From Mobula hypostoma (taxonomy: Eukaryota): a stretch of DNA of 64,000 nt. Positions 48,517 through 61,017 of this stretch are shown piece after piece. The DNA lies in contig NC_086108.1 of NCBI RefSeq assembly GCF_963921235.1, positions 100,628,001 through 100,692,000 of the forward strand, written 5' to 3'. Below the pieces are notes generated by a model. It was not told the DNA's origin. It saw only the letters and a program-made list of their open reading frames with translations, and ran no database searches. Both the position numbers and the translations under genes were made by a program. Within the stretch, counting starts at the first letter, position 1, and each line of letters begins with the position of its first letter.

Positions 48517-50153
48517 CAGGTTTCCTCCGCCATCCGAAGGTAGAGCGTTCCCATGAAACAGTTCGTAAACCGGAATGTTGTAAAGTGAAGAAGCAATTAC
48601 CATTTATTTATATAGGAAAATTTTGTGAGCATTCGCAGACCCAAAAATAACCTACCAAATCATGCCAAATAACACATAAAACCTAAAATAACAGTAACAT
48701 ATAGTAAAAGCAGGAATGATATGACAAATACACAGCCTATATAAAGTAGAAATACTTTTCCACGATCATTGCTGGCACTGTTCTCCGTAAAGAAAATCTC
48801 ACACAAGCGCTCGCGGCAAAAACACTCTCTCCAGTAACCTTTAAGCTATGTAGCTGCCAAATCATACCAAATAACACAAAAATACACAGCCTATATAACA
48901 GTAGAAATAATGTATGTATAGTGTAATATCACTTACGGGAATCGGGAAGACAGCTTGCCAAGCACTGATGATGGTGTGTTAGACTGAGTCATCGGAGTTT
49001 GGATGGTGCAGTGGCCCCCACCCTCCGGGCCACCAACAGATACCGATCCGCGAAGAATACAGGGGTACAGCGGTAGCCAGGAGGCACACATCACATCTTT
49101 AAGAAAAAAGCCAAAATAAACATGCTAATTAATTAGGTGCCGCCTGGCACGTAACTGTCGGCCAGATCGGAGGCGACGCAATCGGCAATTGCCTCTGATC
49201 TGGGCCAACATTTACATGCCGGGCTGCACCTAATTAATTAGCATGTTTATTTCGGCTTTTTTCTTAAAGATGTGCTGTGTGCCCCCCGGCTACCGCTGCA
49301 TTCTCCACGAATCGATATCTGTCCGCGGCCCGGGGTTTGGGGTGGTGGGACAATGTTGTGTCATCTCATCGTCGTCTGTTTCCATTAGGGCAGGCAGGTC
49401 ATCTTCTTCTATCTCTGCCTGACTCGACCTCGAAGGCCAAGGTTCATTGTCTGTGTGGCTGATGTGGAAGTCTTGCTTGACTGCTGAGCCTCATGCATTT
49501 TTCTATCATACAGTTCTTTATAAGCACTCAAACCATCTTGCAAATACTGTATGCCCTAAACCAACATACCCTTTCAAAATTAAAGTCGTACTTTATCATT
49601 GCAGCGAAAATCTCACGTAGTTGCCTCACGTTCAGTTCCTGGATGGCTTCACTTTTGGTCCGTTTGCTACTGTATTTGGTTTCGATTATTATCCTTTCCT
49701 CTTCCAATTGCATCAGCTCTTCATCTATCAGTTCTTGGTCATGGGATGCCAAAACCTCTTCAACATCATCTTCGTCAACTTCCACAAGCCAAACTCACTT
49801 TGTCACTTCGTTCACCACAATCGAAACGCTTAATTATGTCTAGTTTTACGCTAAGTGTAACACCCTTACGAGCTCTTTCAGGCTTTTCCGATACCTTAGA
49901 ACTCATCTTGCAGACGGCTGCTCACAGGCATATGCTTAAGCGATGCCGGCGAGAATGCCATTCCGAATCCGGGGGAGAGCAGCTGCTCGGAGTGCGTGCT
50001 GATTTTTTTTTATCGCGCACTGCTTTTCCCCGCGCACTGCCTTTCTTCGTAACAGTGAAAACACCTTCTGTTAGCAAAAACAGGGAACGAATGCAGGTCT
50101 TTCCTAACAGTGAGGTTTTGTAAAGCGAACGTTCGAAAAGCGAGGGACACCTG
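48517..50153 (-). mobile_element. Tigger/pogo-family internally deleted DNA transposon
   Basis: TA TSDs and imperfect TIRs caggtttcctccgc / gcgagggacacctg. Minus strand from 49906 reads MSSKVSEKPERARKGVTLSVKLDIIKRFDCGER (CENP-B-like HTH), abutting the acidic C-terminus EVDEDDVEEVLASHDQELIDEELMQLEEE. DDE core missing. Confidence 0.9.
49068..49298. repeat. Long imperfect palindrome inside the Tigger element
   Basis: cagcggtagcc..cacatctttaagaaaaaagcc.aaataaacatgctaattaattaggtgc is mirrored by gcacctaattaattagcatgtttattt.ggcttttttcttaaagatgtg..ggctaccgctg. Confidence 0.92.
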
Positions 50154-51496
50154 TACATTCAGAGTTATAAAGGTAGGAGGCAGGTCAACAAGGTGAGTTA
50201 AAAATAGAAAAGTGAACACTATCCTTCACTAAGTCAAGGTATAGAACACAAATGAGGCAGATTATATTTAAACTTCTCAGCACCAAAATAAAAATAGAAA
50301 ATACTGGGAGTATTCAGCAAGGTCAGATTTAATTTTCATTTTGGTTACCTCACAGTTCATGTGCTACATATAGTTCTCATCAACACTATACAGTAAAGAT
50401 GTGGTTGCATCTAGTCTCACTAATTTTCTTTTATGGCTATAGAATAATGTTCATTGAGAACCAGCATTAATGTTTATCGCAAACAACTCCTGCATTCAGC
50501 AGCTTGTGGACAATTTCAGCAGGCAAGTGAAAGTTAATCATGGTTTTTACTCTGGCCACACATAAATAAGAACAATCATTTCCCCAAAGGATCTTACTGA
50601 ATCAGTGATACCAGCTTTATTAAATTCATTTTTTTGCATGACTGTAAAAATATATTCCACTATTATTCTCTGGGCCCAACATATCCTTCACCACAACATT
50701 AAGTCAATGCATTCTTTCACCTCAGCACATTCAGTTTGCCAGCAGCTCTTGGCATACTTAGCAGAGTGGTAAAGCCACAGGATGCTAAAGAACGGAAGCA
50801 AATACCACAGGGTAAGTCAAGTCCTCTCATGCTAGTCCTGCAGACCAAATTTCAAAATCTTGGCAAATCTAAGTGTGCACCATGCTGGGAAATAAACTAT
50901 CAAAGTAGGAAATCAACCCCATTATTATCTGCATACTGAATTCTAGAGCCCGTTTCTAACAAGTAGTTTCAGGCAACCAGCGTGTTGTTCCACACATGTT
51001 GTTATTCAGTCACTTCACATGCTTCCCAGTAACAGCTGAGTACTCAAGATACAGCAGTTTACTGAACCCAACAGCTGAGCTGTAGAGAAAGCCTGTGCCT
51101 CCAGAATGCACTTCCAGTCAAGATGTTGCAAAAACAGATATAATAATGCCATCTTTCAAATCACCTATTTATACCCTACCCACCAAATGTAGGATACATC
51201 CAAATTAGCAAATCCATCTTTTATTGAGCATCAGCATATCAATTAACCTGCTCACTTAGACTTCTACCAGGTCTAGATTTTCAACCCTTCTCCAGCTTTG
51301 ACCGAAAAGAGGTTATTTGTAATTATTGCATGAGAGATCTCTCTCATAGGCAAGATAAAATCTAACAGGGTGTGGCACCAAGGATCTGCAACAAAATCTG
51401 GTAGTCAACAGAAATCAAGGGAAAAACTCTCCACTGGATGGTGCCATATTTACAACAAAGGAAGATGATCTTAGTTGTTGCAGACCAATAACCTTT

Positions 51497-51984
51497 GGCT
51501 CAGGCATGTTTTACATCAATTATCTTCAGTTGTCTCCGCCGGCTGGGCCACGTACACCGCATGTCAGACAGGAGATCCCAAAAGACCTGCTGTATGGGGA
51601 ACTGGCCTCCGGCAAGAGAGCACAAGGGTGGCCCCATCTTCGTTCAAAGACGTTTGCAACAGAGACATGAAGTCACTGAAAATGAACATCAAGAGCTGGG
51701 AGGACATCGCAAACGATCGCTCTCACTGGAGGCTGGAACTACGCAGAGGTCTAAAAAGAGAAGAGAAGCAGAGGCTTGCTGCGGAAGAAAAGTGCACTTG
51801 ACTGAAAAACAGCACCAAGACAACACTGGAGGACAGTGCCTTCAAGTGCAGTCGCTGCAGCGGAGACTGTCACTCCCATGTGGGCCTCTACAGCCACAAC
51901 AGACGCTGCTCTACCAACACAGACTGAAGCAAGACTTTCCAGGCGCAGATCCATGGTCTCGCCAGACTAACAGATGCCACTACC
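51497..51984 (+). mobile_element. RTE-clade LINE 3' fragment
   Basis: LRRLGHVHRM, PKDLLYGELASG, FKDVCNRDMK..WEDIANDRSHWR and C-terminal Cys/His motif FKCSRCSGDCHSHVGLYSHNRRC. 3' stem-loop tail. Confidence 0.9.
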
Positions 51985-52516
51985 ATTCTATCAACAGGAC
52001 AGAATTGGATATGATTACAAATCCAGCACACAATGAAGTGGCACATATCCTACTGCAGAGCTACCACACAGAACAAGCTTTGGGCAATAACATTCCCATT
52101 AAGGGGCAAGTAGCATTCACACTATCAAAAATATGAGCAATAGCCATCTCTAATAGAAAGATAATTTTGCAATCATGTATCTGTAGCAAGTGGCTCATCC
52201 AAACTCCCCAGAATGTTCCCATTTTTCTACATGCAATGGGGTAGGATTGAATTCCTAGAACAATATCAATAATCACAATTTTCATAACACAAAACCACAG
52301 CATCTGTGCATGTATCAAGAATTGAAAATAAATTGTTTTCCACCACCCCCTGCTGCAAATTTGGTGAGTTTTTATTCCATATCTCCTATTTTTGTAGTGA
52401 TTTTACAAATCCACATAGGAGAATTTGTTAACTAAGCTACTATAACACAGGGCTTGCCTGTAAAAATTGATAACATTCAATAGCTGGTCAATCTCTAAAA
52501 CAGTGCCTCTTTCACC

Positions 52517-52880
52517 CTACGCAGTTAAGGAAGTTTGGTATGGGTCCCCAAATCCTAAGGAAGTTTCTACAGGGGTACAATTGAGAGCATACTGACTAGC
52601 TGCATCACTACCTGGAATGGGAACTGTACCTCTCTTAATCACAGGATTCTGCAGAGAGTGGTGTAGACAGCCCAGTGCATCTGCAGTTGTGAACTTCCCA
52701 TGATTCAGGACATTTACAAGGACAGGTGTGAAAAGAAGGCCCGAAGGATCATCGGGAGCCCAAGTCACCCCAACTGCAAACTATTCCAGCTGCTACCATC
52801 TGGGAAACAGTAGAGCAGCATAAAAGCCAGGACCATCAGGCTCCAGGACAGCTTCTTCCACTAGGCCATCACACTGATTT
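52517..52880 (+). mobile_element. Rex1/Babar-like LINE fragment
   Basis: TIESILTSCITTWNGNC..ILQRVV and HPNCKLFQLLPSGK..RLQDSFF read manually on the + strand. Confidence 0.75.
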
Positions 52881-55800
52881 GAGTGGTCAGCTCAACAGCC
52901 TTGGGCAAACGCAGGTGGAGATTCTAAGTAAGAAAGCAAGTTTCTAGAATGTTTTTCTTCCTGTTAGTAGATAGCTAGCAAGCTGAGAATGGATCCAAAG
53001 GTAATGGAATGTTTGTTGTGTGAGAAGTGGGAAATTTGGGAGACCTCCAGTCTCCAGGATAACTACATCTGCACAAAGTGCATCGAGCAGCAGCTCCCGA
53101 GAAAAAATGTCAGAAAATTGGAGATGCAGATGGATGACCTTTACTTCACAAGGGAAAATGAAGAGGTGATAGATAGGAGCAACAGGGTAGTAGTCACCCA
53201 TAAGTTGCATGAGGCAGGGTGACTGTCAGGAGAGGAAAAGGGAATAGGCAGCCAGTGCAGAGTGCTCCTGTGGCCGATCCCCTCTATCATAGGTATACCA
53301 CTTTGGATTCTGTCGAGTGGGGGGGTAGAAATGACCTACCAGGAGAAAGAAGCAGTGACCAGGTCTCTGGCACTGAGTATAGCTCTGGGGCTCAGATGAG
53401 AAGGGGAAAGAAGAGAAGTGCGGTAGTGTCAAGAAGCAGATAGGGGATTCTGTGGATGTCAAAGAGACACCTAGAAAGTATGTTGTTTCCAAGCTGCAAT
53501 GGTCAGGAATGTCACAGAATGGGTCCAGTGCATTCTAAAGGGAGAGGGTGAACAGTCAGAGGTCATGGTATATAAGACCATAAGACAAAGGAGCAGAAGT
53601 CGGCCATTCAGCCTATCGAGTCTGCTCCACCATTTTATCATGAGCTGATCCATTCTCCCATTTAGTCCCACTCCCCTGCCTTTTCACCATAACCTTTGAT
53701 GCCCTGGCTACTCAGATACCTATCAATCTCTGCCTTAAATACACCCAATGACTTGGCCTCCACTGCTGCCCGTGGCAACAAATTCCATAGATTCACCACC
53801 CTCTGGCTAAAAAAATTTCTTCACATTTCTGTTCTGAATGGGCACCCTTCAATCCTTAAATCATGCCCTCTCGTACTAGACTCCCCCATCATGGGAAACA
53901 ACTTTGCCACATCCACTCTGTCCATGCCTTTCAACATTCGAAATGTTTCTATAAGGTCTCCCCTCATTCTTCTAAACTCCAAGGAATACAGTCCAACAGC
54001 AGACAAACGTTCCTCATATGTTAACCCCCTCATTCCCGGAATCATTCTAGTGAATCTTCTCTGTACCCGCTCCAATGTCAGCACGTCCTTTCTTAAATAA
54101 GGAGACCAAAACTGCCCACAGTACTCCAAGCGAGGTCTCACCAGCGCCTTATAGAGCCTCAACATCACATCCCTGCTCCTATACTCTATTCCTCTGGAAA
54201 TGAATGCCAACATTGCATTCGCCTTCTTCACTACCCACTCAACCTGGAGGTTAACCTTAAGGGTATCCTGTACGAGGACTCCCAAGTCCCGTTGCATCTC
54301 AGAATTTTGAATTCTTTCCCCATTTAAATAATAGTCTGCCCGTTTATTACTTCTGCCAAAGTGCATAACCATACACTTTCCAACATTGTACTTCATTTGC
54401 CACTTCTCTGCCCATTCTTCCAATCTATCCAAGTCTCTCTGCAGACTCTGTTTCCTCAGCACTACCAGCCCCTCCACCTATCTTCATATCGTCAGCAAAC
54501 TTAGCCACAAAGCCATCTATTCCATAATCCAAATCGTTGATGTACAATGTAAAAAGAAGCAGCCCCAACACGGACCCCTGTGGAACACCACTGGTGACCG
54601 GCAGCCAACCAGAATAGGATCCATTTATTCCCTGCCAATCAGCCAATGCTCTATCCATGTATGTAACTTTCCTGTAATTCCATGGGCTCTTATCTTGTTA
54701 AGTAGCCTCATGTGTGGCACGTTGTCAAAGGCCTTCTGAAAATCCAAATATACATAGATATCAATGACATAGGTAGGAAAAGGGAGGATATACTAAAGAG
54801 AGAATATGTGGAGTTAAGCAGAAAGCTGAAAAACAGGACGTTGAGGGTAACACTTTCTGGATTACTGCCTGTACTATGCGTCAGTAAAGATTAAGAATAG
54901 GATGATTTGGCAGATGAATACATAGTTGATGAATTGGTGTAGAGGGCAGGGTTTCAGATTTTTGGATCAGTATGATCTCTTCTGGGGAAGATAGGACATG
55001 TATAAAAAGGACTGGTTACACCTGAACCAGAGGGCTGCCAATATCCTTGCAGACAGGTTTACTAAAGCTGATGGGGAGGGTTTAAACTAATTTGGCAAGG
55101 AGTTGGGAACTAGAGTGATAAGGGCTGAGGATGGGGCAGTTAGTATAAAACTAGATGCAGTGTATAGTGAGACTCTGAAGAAGAACAGGCAGATGATAGG
55201 TCAAAATTGCAATCAGTGGAATGAGTTAAAACATAACTGGGCCAAAATTGAAAAGGGTGACGAATACAGGACTGAACATGTTATATTTGAATGCACACAG
55301 CATACGGATTAAGGTAAATGATCTTCTGGAGCACTGAAGAGATTGCTAGGTATGATGTTGTGGGCTTTCAAGTCACATCTGAAAGATCATAGTTGAAAGT
55401 TTAACATTCAAGGATGCACATTGTATTAAAAGGACAGGCAGGCAGAGGGGATGGGGTGGCTCTGTTGATTGAAAAAATGAAATCAAATCCTCAGAAAGAC
55501 ATGTCATAGGATCAGAAGATGTAGAATCCTTTGGGGTAGAGTTTAGAAATTGCAAGGGTAAAAAGACACTGATGAGAGTTATAAACATGCCTCCAAACAG
55601 TACCCGGGATGTGGGCAACAAATTACAACACAAGATAGAAAATGTATTTTTAAAAAAAGGCAATCATGGGGATTTCAGTATGCAGGTGGATTGGGAAAAT
55701 CTGCTTGATGCTGGATCCCAATGGAGGGAATTTGTAGATTATTTATGAGATGCCTTTTACTTTTAAAAGCAGCTTGTGGCTGAGCCCACGAGGAGAATGG

Positions 55801-57790
55801 TAATTCTCGATTGGGTGTTATGTAATGACTTAGATTTGATTAGGAAGCTTAAGTAAAGGAAACCTTAGGAGACAGTGATCATAATGATAAAATTCATCCT
55901 GCAGTTCGAGAAGGAGAAGATAAAAATCAAATTACAGAGGCATGAGGGGGGACCTGACCATAGTCGATTGGAAGGAAACTCCAGTAGAGATGATGGCAGA
56001 ACAGTAACAACTGGAGTTTCTGGAAACAATTTAGAAGGCACAGGGAAGATACATCCCAAAGATGTAGTATTCTAAAGAGGATGAGGCAACTGTGGCTGAC
56101 AAAGGAAGTCAAAGATAGTATAAAAGCAAAAGGCTGGATTAGAAAGCTTTTAAAAACCAACAGAAGGGAACTAAAAACCCATAGAGAAGAGAAAAGATGA
56201 AATATGAAGGTAAGCTACCAATAATATAAAAGAGGATATAAAAAGTTGCTTTTTTCAGATATAAAGAATAAAAGAGAGATGAGTGGATATCGGTTCACTG
56301 GAAAATGACGCTGGAGAGGTAGCAACGGCTGACAATAAAATGGCAGAGGAACTTAAGTATTTTAAATCATTCTTCACTGTGAAGTACACTAGCAGAATGC
56401 CAGAAATGTGTGAGTGTCAAGGGACAAAAGTGAGTGTCTTTGCTATTACAAGGAGAAAGTGTTTGAGAAGCTGAAAGTCAAAGTTAGATAAGTCACCTGA
56501 ACCCAGTGGGTAAAACAACCCAGATCTTTCTGAGAGAGGTAGCTGAAGAGACTGTGGAAGTATTAATAATAACCTTTCAAGAATCACAAACATTCTGAAA
56601 TAGTTCCCAAGGAGTGGAAAATTGCAAATGCACTCCGTTCTTTAAGAAGGGAGGAAGGCAGAAGAAAGGAAATTATAGGCCAGTTAGCCTCACTTCAGTG
56701 GTCGGAAAGACACTGCAGCCTATTATTAAGGATGAGGTTTCTGGGTACATTATAAAATAGTCCAAGGTCAGCATGGCTTTCTAAAGAGGAAATCTTACCT
56801 TACAAATCTGTTGGAATTCTTTTGAGGAAAAATATTGGAACAGGCAGGATTGACAAAGGAGAGTTTAACAAATATAACATGTTCAGTCCTGTATTCGTCA
56901 CCCTTTTCAAGAGTGGGAATAAAGGGGGCATTTTTTGGTTGGCTTCCAGTGACTAGTAGTATGCTGCAGGGGTGGGTGTTAGGACCACTTCATTTCATGT
57001 CATATGTCAATTTGCAGGAAGGAATTGAGAAATTTGTGGCCAAATTTGTGGACAATTCGAAGATAGATGGAGGCTGGTAGTGCTCAGGAAGCAGTACATC
57101 TGCAGAAGGACTTGGTCAGAATGGGAGAATGGGCAAAGTAGTAGTGGATGGAATATAATGTAGGAAAATGCAATACTAGCATTCATTTCGAGAAGGCAAT
57201 ACAAAAGGATGTAATACTGAAACTTTATAAGGCATTGATCAATCGGCATTTGGAGTACTGTGAACACTTTTGAGCCTCTTATTTAAGAAAAGATGTACTG
57301 GAATTGGAAAGAGTTCAGATGAAGTTCATGGGAATGATCCCCAGAATGAAAGGTTTAACATATGAGGAGCAATTGATAGCTCTGGGTCTGTACTCACTAG
57401 AATTTAGAAGAATATCGGTGGGGGGGGGCAGGGGGGGAGCTTCTCATTGAAATCTGTATAAAGTGAATGCAGAGAAGATGCTTCGTATAGTGGGTGAGTC
57501 TAGGACCACAGAGCACACCTCAGAATTGAGGGGCATCCATTTTGAACAGAGATGAGGAACAATTTACTTAACCAAAGGGTGGTGAATCTGTGGAATTCGT
57601 TGCCACAGACAGATGCGAAGGCAAAGTCACTGGGTATATACACAAGTTGGAGGTCAACAAGTTCTTGATTAATTAGGGTATCAAAAGGTAAAGGGAGAAG
57701 GCAGGAAAATGGGGTTGAGAGGGATAATAAATCAACCATGATGGAATGGTGCAGCAGGATTGATAGGTCAAATGGCCAATCCTGCTCATA
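52880..57790 (+). mobile_element. Old, near full-length CR1 LINE, heavily decayed, interrupted by a young CR1
   Basis: ORF1 MECLLCEKWE..YICTKC (52989), DINDIGRKREDILKREY, then EN and RT remnants (NYRPVSLTSVVG ~56671-56706; VAKFVDNSKI). CR1 tail near 57700-57790. Confidence 0.9.
53572..54750 (-). mobile_element. Young 5'-truncated CR1 LINE, same subfamily as 19740-21402
   Basis: ORFs 53821-54477 and 54425-54658 are nearly identical in protein sequence to 19814-20824. Tail ataagaccataagac. Junction microhomology/TSD tata. Confidence 0.95.
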
Positions 57791-57997
57791 TTTATTTACT
57801 TATTTATTGAGATACTGTGCATAGTAGGTCCTTCGACCCACACCACCCAGCAACTTTTGACCATAGCCTAATCACAAGACAATTTACAATAACCAATTAA
57901 CCTACCAACCGGTAAGTCTTTGGACTGTGAGAAGAAACCAGAGCACTCGGAGAAAACCTACGCAGTCACGGGAACAACATACAGGTAGCAGCGGGAA
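57790..57997 (-). mobile_element. V-SINE (HE1-like), 5'-truncated
   Basis: Matches 32984-33242 (ctaatcaca.gacaatttacaat.acca.ttaacctaccaaccgg.aagtct). Confidence 0.8.
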
Positions 57998-60111
57998 TAT
58001 GTTTTATGTTCCTTAACAAGCTGTGGCACATCTAAACATCTATGAAACTGGACTGTGTATTTCATTATCTTTCAATTTAGCTCCTTTCAGCTTCAATATT
58101 ATTTGTATAATTAAACTAGATACAACAGATTCACTGCTAATAATACATCTTACCCGTTATCAACCCAAGCATAAGGTCATATAACAAGAGCATTTAGTAT
58201 AACTTCAGCTAAATGAATTTTAAAATTCAAGATATTGAGAGCAAAAAAATGTTCCTATTTTTTTTTCAATTAAGTAGTCATAGTAACTTTCCTATGAATT
58301 TAATTATTTTGCTGCTTGTCTGCTAGAAAATTTCTGGATGGTTTTCACTCCACATGTTACCAGTGAAATGTGTATACAAATGTCAATATTGACTCATGCA
58401 CATGCAACAACTCTGACTTTTGTTTTCATACGAAGAAAGCATAAACAATTCTGATCAAAAAGTTTGGAAAATAAGCCTAATCACAGAATGTTTTTATTCA
58501 CTGAAAGAACTAAGCAAGGTACAATAGTAGACCTTACTAAAATCTGAGTACAATACCATAAAGTAGTTTTCAATATCATACTTTGGATGAGAGTACAGAA
58601 TAAAAAATGTGGTCAAGAGATTTGTACATCTGACAGAACCCACTGAAAGCACATATACTTTGAATATCTAAAGGGAATAGGCTTGTTTGAAAAGTTACAT
58701 AATTTATCAAAAAACATGTTTAAAACACTACTTGACCTTTGACAATATCAGAATACTATTTTATTCCAATATACAGTAGCAAAAATCTAATGCCCACTGT
58801 AACTGGTTTTCCTTATTGAACAGTCACAATTAGAACAAAGATGCCCACTAAGCTCACTGCACATTGAGTCAACTAAATAACATTTTCCAAATCAAGAACT
58901 AAGATATCCAGTGTACAATGAAAAGTTAATCAGTGTACTTCTAACCAATCATTGTTGATGTTCACAAAAAAACAAATTAGGATATCACATTTGTGCTTTT
59001 ATAAACAACTTGCATAAAAAGAAAAAAAGAAAAAAAAGAAAAAAGCAATGTCCCAAATGATCTATTTGTCAGTGATTTTTTTTATATAGGTGGTAAATAA
59101 GTAAAAAGAGAACTGAGAAAAATACATTCCTCATTCTTCTTTCCAAGAAATTGTGATTAGAAATGTGTGTAATTGCATTTACAGGTATAGCCGATAAATC
59201 CATACACTTAATGATTCCAGCAAGAATAAAATGATAACTCTACATACAATCAAAGCATATAACATTCACAAGCTCTGGTATACAAAGTTAAATTAATGCA
59301 TCACATATTTTGTGTCCAATTAATTTTTTTTTGAAAGAACAGTTGTCTTTTCGAGGATAATGACCATTCAACACAGATGGCAATCAACAATCATTTTGGT
59401 ATGTGTTACTTATAAACAGTTATGATATCATAATTTTGATATTAGTAGAGGCAATACCGATTACAGAATACTTGTTTGGATGAAAACGACTATGTTCACT
59501 TCAACTTTTAAGAATAGAGAAGTCCACCACTCAAACTTTGGTAACTTCCTTCACAATGAAACTCAAAAGGTTTCGAGCTTCTCTTGGAAATTTCCCTCAC
59601 TTAACATTCTGCACCTGACCTGAAATGTCCTTGATGAATGGGAATGAGCAAGATTAAAGAGAATCCCATGGCATTTTATACATACATTAAAAACAATAGG
59701 GTATGACCACTCAAGGGTAAAGAGTGAATTTATGCCTGGAGTTTGAGGAAGTGGGCGAGGTACTAAATGAGTGCTTTGCAGCAGTATTCACCAAAGAAAA
59801 TGACACGGATAATAGGAAGATCAGGGAAGTATGTCCTTAGATTTAAAAGACACGAACATAGCACAGCATAGTATAGGCCCTTCGGGTCTTCATGCTGTCC
59901 TTTTAACCTACCCCAATATCAATCCCTCCCACATAGCCTCCCAATTTTCTTTCATCCGTGTGCCTGAATCTGTATTGTATCTGCCTTTACCACCAGCCCA
60001 GCATTACATTCCATGAACATACCATTCTGTGAAAAACAAACTACCTCTGACATCCACTCCCCCATATTTTCCTCCAAGCACCTTAAAATTATGTCCTCTT
60101 ATTACCCATTG

Positions 60112-61017
60112 CCACTCTTTCTCTTCACCATTTACACCTCGGACTTCAACTACTGCACAGAGTCTTGTCATCTTCGTAAGTTTTCGGATGACTCTGCCAT
60201 AGTTGGATGCATCAGCAAGGGAGATGAGGCTAAGTACAGGGCTACTGTAGGAAACTTTGTCACATGGTGTGAGCAGAATTATCTGCAGCTTAATGTGAAA
60301 AAGACTAAGGAGCTGGTGGTAGACCTGAGGAGAGCTAAGGTACCGGCGACCCCTGTTTCCATCCAGGAGGAGGATTACAAATACCTGGGGATACGAATTG
60401 ACAATAAACTGGACTGGTCAAAGAACACTGAGGCTGTCTACAAGAAGGGTCAGAGCTGTCTCCATTCCCTGAGGAGACTGAGGTCCTTTAACATCTGCCG
60501 GATGATGCTGAGGATGTTCTACGAGTCTGTGGTGACCAGTGCGATCATGTTTGCTGTTGTGTGCTGGGGCAGCAGGCTGAGGGTAGCAGACACCAACAGA
60601 ATCAACAAACTCATTCCTAAGGCCAGTGATGTTGTGGGGATGGAACTGGACTCTCTCACAGTGGTGTCTGAAAAGAGGATGCTGTCCAAGTTGCATGCCA
60701 TCTTGGACAATGTCTCCCATCCACTACATAATGTACTGGTTGGGCACAGGAGTACATTCAGCCAGAGACTCATTCCACCGAGATGCAACACAGAGCATCG
60801 TAGGAGGTCATTCCTGCTTGTGGCCATCAAACTTTACAACTCCTCCCTTGGAGGGTCAGACACCCTGAGCCAATAGGCTGGTCCTGGACTTATTTCCTGG
60901 CATAATTTACATATTACTATTTAACTATTTATGGTTTTATTACTATTTAATTATTTATGGTGCAACTGTAACGAAAACCAGTTTCCCCCAGGATCAATAA
61001 AGTATCACTATGACTAT
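60112..61017 (+). mobile_element. Rex1-clade LINE, 5'-truncated, uninterrupted RT C-terminal frame
   Basis: ORF to 60876: FLFTIYTSDF..CHLRKFSDDSAIVGCI..LQLNVKKTKELVVD..YKYLG..KLDW. 3' end ccccaggatcaataaagta plus (ACTATG)-like tail. Confidence 0.92.

Noticed and set aside
49528..49906. Domesticated TIGD/CENP-B-like gene
   Set aside because: The DDE core is deleted, the two remnants are out of frame, and TIRs with TA TSDs are still present.
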